Source of the DNA: Perkinsus chesapeaki ATCC PRA-425
Taxonomy: Eukaryota > Protista > Perkinsozoa
Assembly: GCA_013115145.1 (NCBI GenBank)
Contig: JAAPAO010000090.1
Span: forward strand, 1 to 64,000
Direction of reading: 5' to 3'
DNA: 64,000 nt
The stretch's first letter is position 1, and each line of letters begins with the position of its first letter. This document shows, piece after piece, positions 62,001 to 64,000 of the stretch. The notes beneath the pieces are model-generated. The model saw nothing but the letters and a program-made list of their open reading frames with translations, was not told where the DNA came from and searched no databases. The position numbers and the translations under genes are program-made.

Positions 62001-63624
62001 CCGTTCACAGGGAGCCTTCTCAGGTTACACTTTGTTCGGCAAAAGATTAAAGGGCTGGTCGACCCCTGGTGATGCCATCAATACGGCCTTCGTCGCCCTT
62101 ATGGGCGATTTCGATTACGTGGTGAGTTTCTTGGGAATCTTGAGGTTGATGCGTGCATTTGTCACACCCGAAGATCCCCTTACTCCCTCCGGTGCTTTAG
62201 TTGTATTTTCTTCAGGCAATGCGTAGAGTGGCGCCTATCAGTGCTGCCATTTGGTTCTGGTTTTATATGGTTTTAGTGTTCCTTATGTAAGCATGCACAC
62301 ATGTCGCTCTTCACAGTGTGACCTTTCTCAGAATGCTTAATATGCTTCTTGCTATTGTTATGGACACGTAAGCTCTTCCTCCATTTACCTGCTCTGTCAT
62401 ATTCCGATTTTCATTCAGATATACTTCAGTCAAGGATGAGGCATGTGCTGCCGAGATGTTCACGATGACACCTGGCGACGAGGGCAGCGGCGCTCCCAAA
62501 CGAAAGTTCCTAGAGTCGCTTGGCTTCCACCGCAGCTCAATAGGGCAAATTAGCCCCGGCGAAGGTGAGTTAGAGAGCGTTCTGCTGCTTCATTCTACTC
62601 CCTGTATTCTATGGATGTTACTATGTGTATCAATCGAAAGCCAATGAGAGTGCCCCTTCGGCAGTTTGGCTTGCGGTTCATGATATCCCTGCTTCGGCTA
62701 ACAATGATTTATCACTCATCAGAGAGCATCTTATTTGTTTCTTTCTCCGAGGGTCTTCTTTCATTTCATCTGGGCTTCAGGTGGGGTATCCTCGTATGCT
62801 TTACTTGATCGCGTCATGGAGGCATTGGAACCGTCTGGATTCCATGTAAGAGATCTTTTGGATCTCGAAAACGAAGCGAAGACACGGGAGCGACGAGCAA
62901 GTAGAGCAGTGCGTGCAGCAGCGGTGCTAGTTTATCCCCGTCATTAGGTCAACAGCAACAGGACGCGTCGGACCTAGTAACGCTGCCACAACTGATGAGC
63001 ATCGGTCTACCCCTCGAGGATGCTAGAAGGCTCATACAGGGAGTCGGCCTCCGCTGTCCTCATTTGCCCTCATGCCGAGTTTCAATAGGCACGCAATATG
63101 TTCGGCATTGGCGAAGATGAGCTCATTGGTGGTGGTGATGACGATAGGAAGCCAGTTTCGGATGCCCCCCCTCCAGCACCCCGCCACGTAGGTGTTGCCT
63201 GCTGAAGCTTGCCCCATTTCTCTGGTCAGGGCCGTCCAAGCCGAATGCAGCTTCTGGTGAACCAGCTCGTATTGAATAAGAATAAGGCCGCTGAGGTTAG
63301 TCCGTACGGTCATTAGCTGAGACGCGGTTCCCTTCAGAATGACACAGAGAAAACTCAAAGCGATGATGCTGGTAAGCTAGGTTACAAGCTGTGCGAATAA
63401 AGTGACTCAGGTGTAGGAAAAGCTGATATCAAAGCTCTTACCAGGGACATAGAGTACTTGAAGGACCGGGTGAGGTCATTGCTTGTTCTGTGGTGGGAGG
63501 CTCGATATAGGTTGCTATGATTGATCGGAACCTAGAAATTATTGCCAAACAGCTCACACCAGGAGAGAGCGGACTGAGGAACACTGGTAAGTTTTACGCG
63601 AACGGCGGCGGCGGCTTGGTTTAA
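59005..63624 (+). CDS. Polycystin-2 (PKD2/TRPP)-like cation channel
   Basis: Polycystin-domain-like QWLDLS..GTKLVKVEAILFNGETNMFLHVAISFEVQRGGAIIP, LRFFRAF|RGQPRLAVITDTMKRAWMDV, pore region WSTPGDAINTAFVALMGDFDY, MLNMLLAIVMDTY and a C-terminal coiled coil IKALTRDIEYLKDR|VAMIDRNLEII. Both ends are approximate. Confidence 0.85.
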
Positions 63625-64000
63625 AATTTCTAACGTCGATGAAATAAGATTCAACTTTTTCGGTACGTTGTTAGGCACACAACGCTTCCTGTCGAGCACC
63701 CCACCCCAGCCGGGCTCAATTGGAGAGTGGCACTCGCAGCAGCAGCAGGCAAGTCACTCTACTCGAAGTACTTGGTATGCCGACCACCGTGAAGATCTTC
63801 ATCGTTTTTGACATTCATATAGATTTGCCATGTGTTAGGATTGTTGATGTGTTCCTTGTGCTGCTTTGCTGTACTGTACTAGTGTTCAGTGATGACAATT
63901 CATCATCATCGGGGAGGGTCTCAACAACATCTCAGTGGGTTTTCTCACTGTCTGCAACCTTATGTCGATGACTTCATCAACCTCCTCCCCGCCACCATCA

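Noticed and set aside
63650-64000. Possible 3' end of a minus-strand gene entering from the right edge
   Set aside because: Too little sequence to support a call.
1-64000. CRISPR arrays, rRNA genes, prokaryotic operons or defence systems
   Set aside because: No repeat-spacer arrays or rRNA signatures were seen, and the DNA is spliceosomal-intron-rich eukaryotic sequence.

Overview
This is eukaryotic nuclear DNA, gene-dense and intron-rich, with many short GT-AG introns of about 40-60 nt. That is why the ORF track is fragmented, so I spliced the genes by eye and exon boundaries are approximate. The intron style, compact spacing and gene content suggest an alveolate protist, most likely Perkinsus (inference only). 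Genes recognisable from motifs, left to right: METTL17/Rsm22, a stefin-type cystatin, a BAG6/Scythe-like UBL protein and mitochondrial uS8 (all minus strand); then RSL1D1, GNL3/nucleostemin, two tandem PAP2 phosphatases, a PPR-like protein and a full-architecture PARP1 (all plus strand). After these come several hypotheticals including an intronless 660-aa ORF, an intronless perilipin-like protein with seven 11-mer repeats, a tandem CCCH zinc-finger protein, a pepsin-like protease, RPL30, a TauD-family dioxygenase, an S10 serine carboxypeptidase, a small coiled-coil protein, VPS35, a WRKY19-like HGGG zinc-finger repeat protein and a polycystin-2/TRPP-like channel. Non-coding items are a TA-flanked fold-back MITE candidate, two hairpins and a degenerate tRNA-Leu-like remnant. 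No CRISPR array, rRNA or autonomous transposon was found. The best leads are the perilipin-like protein, the BAG6-like protein, the MITE, and two long co-oriented gene runs diverging from about 8.5 kb.
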